DNA from: Entomortierella parvispora E1425
Taxonomy: Eukaryota > Fungi > Mortierellomycota
DNA length: 64,000 bases
Direction: 5' to 3'
NCBI GenBank assembly: GCA_020891255.1
Contig: BQFW01000008.1
Span: 186,001 to 250,000 of the forward strand
In this document: positions 63,535 to 64,000 of the stretch, in pieces
How the letters are laid out: the number at the start of each line of letters is the position of its first letter
How positions within the stretch are numbered: position 1 is the stretch's first letter
Made by a program: the position numbers and the translations under genes
Notes under the pieces: generated by a model
The model's database searches: none
What the model was told of the DNA's origin: nothing
Seen by the model: only the letters and a program-made list of their open reading frames with translations

Positions 63535-64000
63535 TCAAATCTCGGGATGTTTCTTGTTCTTGGGCTGTATCCGTGGTGAACCATGCTGTGCAAAGACATT
63601 TGAGGAACTTTGGCCTGGATGTCCAAAAGACTGTTGATGTTGGACTGAGCTCTGGGGCGGGTATTGGTGGTGTTGTTGCTGCTGCGGGACGCCGTCCATC
63701 GGAACAACGGTAAAATGGTTACCAGGGGTATATGTAGGAGGTGCATCGTGTTGCTGACTATGTTGGCTGTGCTGCTGTTGAAGGGTAGGCTGCTGGCTGG
63801 GATGCTGTTGCGATTGGGGTGTGATCCGGGGTGGTTCTGGTCGCACAATGTGGCTCGCGCTATTGTCGCCGTTTCCCATCAAACTCTGAGACGAAGAAAG
63901 GTTCTGAAGACGCGACTCCTCCTTCTCAATCTCGTCTGCGACCCAAAGCGCAGCCCCCACAATGTTGGTCCACATGAAAAAGAGGTTTGCCAGTGGGATC
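63535..64000 (-). CDS. 3' end of an EI24/Rrt8/Lds-like membrane protein (partial)
   Basis: The frame is open from the window edge: IPLANLFFMWTNIVGAALWVADEIEK, which resembles the C-terminal helix of this family, then a Gln/Pro-rich tail ending HPEI*. Confidence 0.55.
   Translation of the reverse strand, partial: IPLANLFFMWTNIVGAALWVADEIEKEESRLQNLSSSQSLMGNGDNSASHIVRPEPPRITPQSQQHPSQQPTLQQQHSQHSQQHDAPPTYTPGNHFTVVPMDGVPQQQQHHQYPPQSSVQHQQSFGHPGQSSSNVFAQHGSPRIQPKNKKHPEI

Noticed and set aside
63167-63538. 123-aa ORF starting at the stop of the EI24-like gene
   Set aside because: No ATG start, runs into low-complexity K/R sequence and has no recognisable motif; probably 3'UTR.

Overview
Eukaryotic, intron-rich fungal genomic DNA. 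It is probably an early-diverging Mucoromycota fungus of the Mortierellaceae type; this is inferred from gene content, frequent poly-A/T tracts and intron style, not proven. By tracing splice sites by hand I can support 20 protein-coding genes: an SLC35/DMT transporter (5' partial), a Dma1-like FHA-RING ligase, an uncharacterised GPI protein head-to-head with a GPI chitin deacetylase, a spliced PIGBOS1-like microprotein head-to-head with PEX2, VPS41, two orphan coiled-coil proteins (one with TQT motifs, one with three IQ motifs), an SLC25 carrier with 12- and 24-nt microexons, a division-1 chitin synthase, TMEM115 (probable GC-AG intron), a Dur31-like solute:sodium symporter, clathrin light chain, a GDP-fucose-type transporter, an orphan secreted 8-Cys protein, a C2H2/DUF3020 transcription factor, a MATE exporter, an Nhp10-like HMG protein and the 3' end of an EI24/Rrt8-like protein. 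There is also a degenerate non-coding tandem array of about 205-280-nt units. I found no rRNA, tRNA, CRISPR array or intact transposon. Most entries in the supplied ORF track are antisense or low-complexity shadows. Family assignments come from remembered motifs, not database searches.
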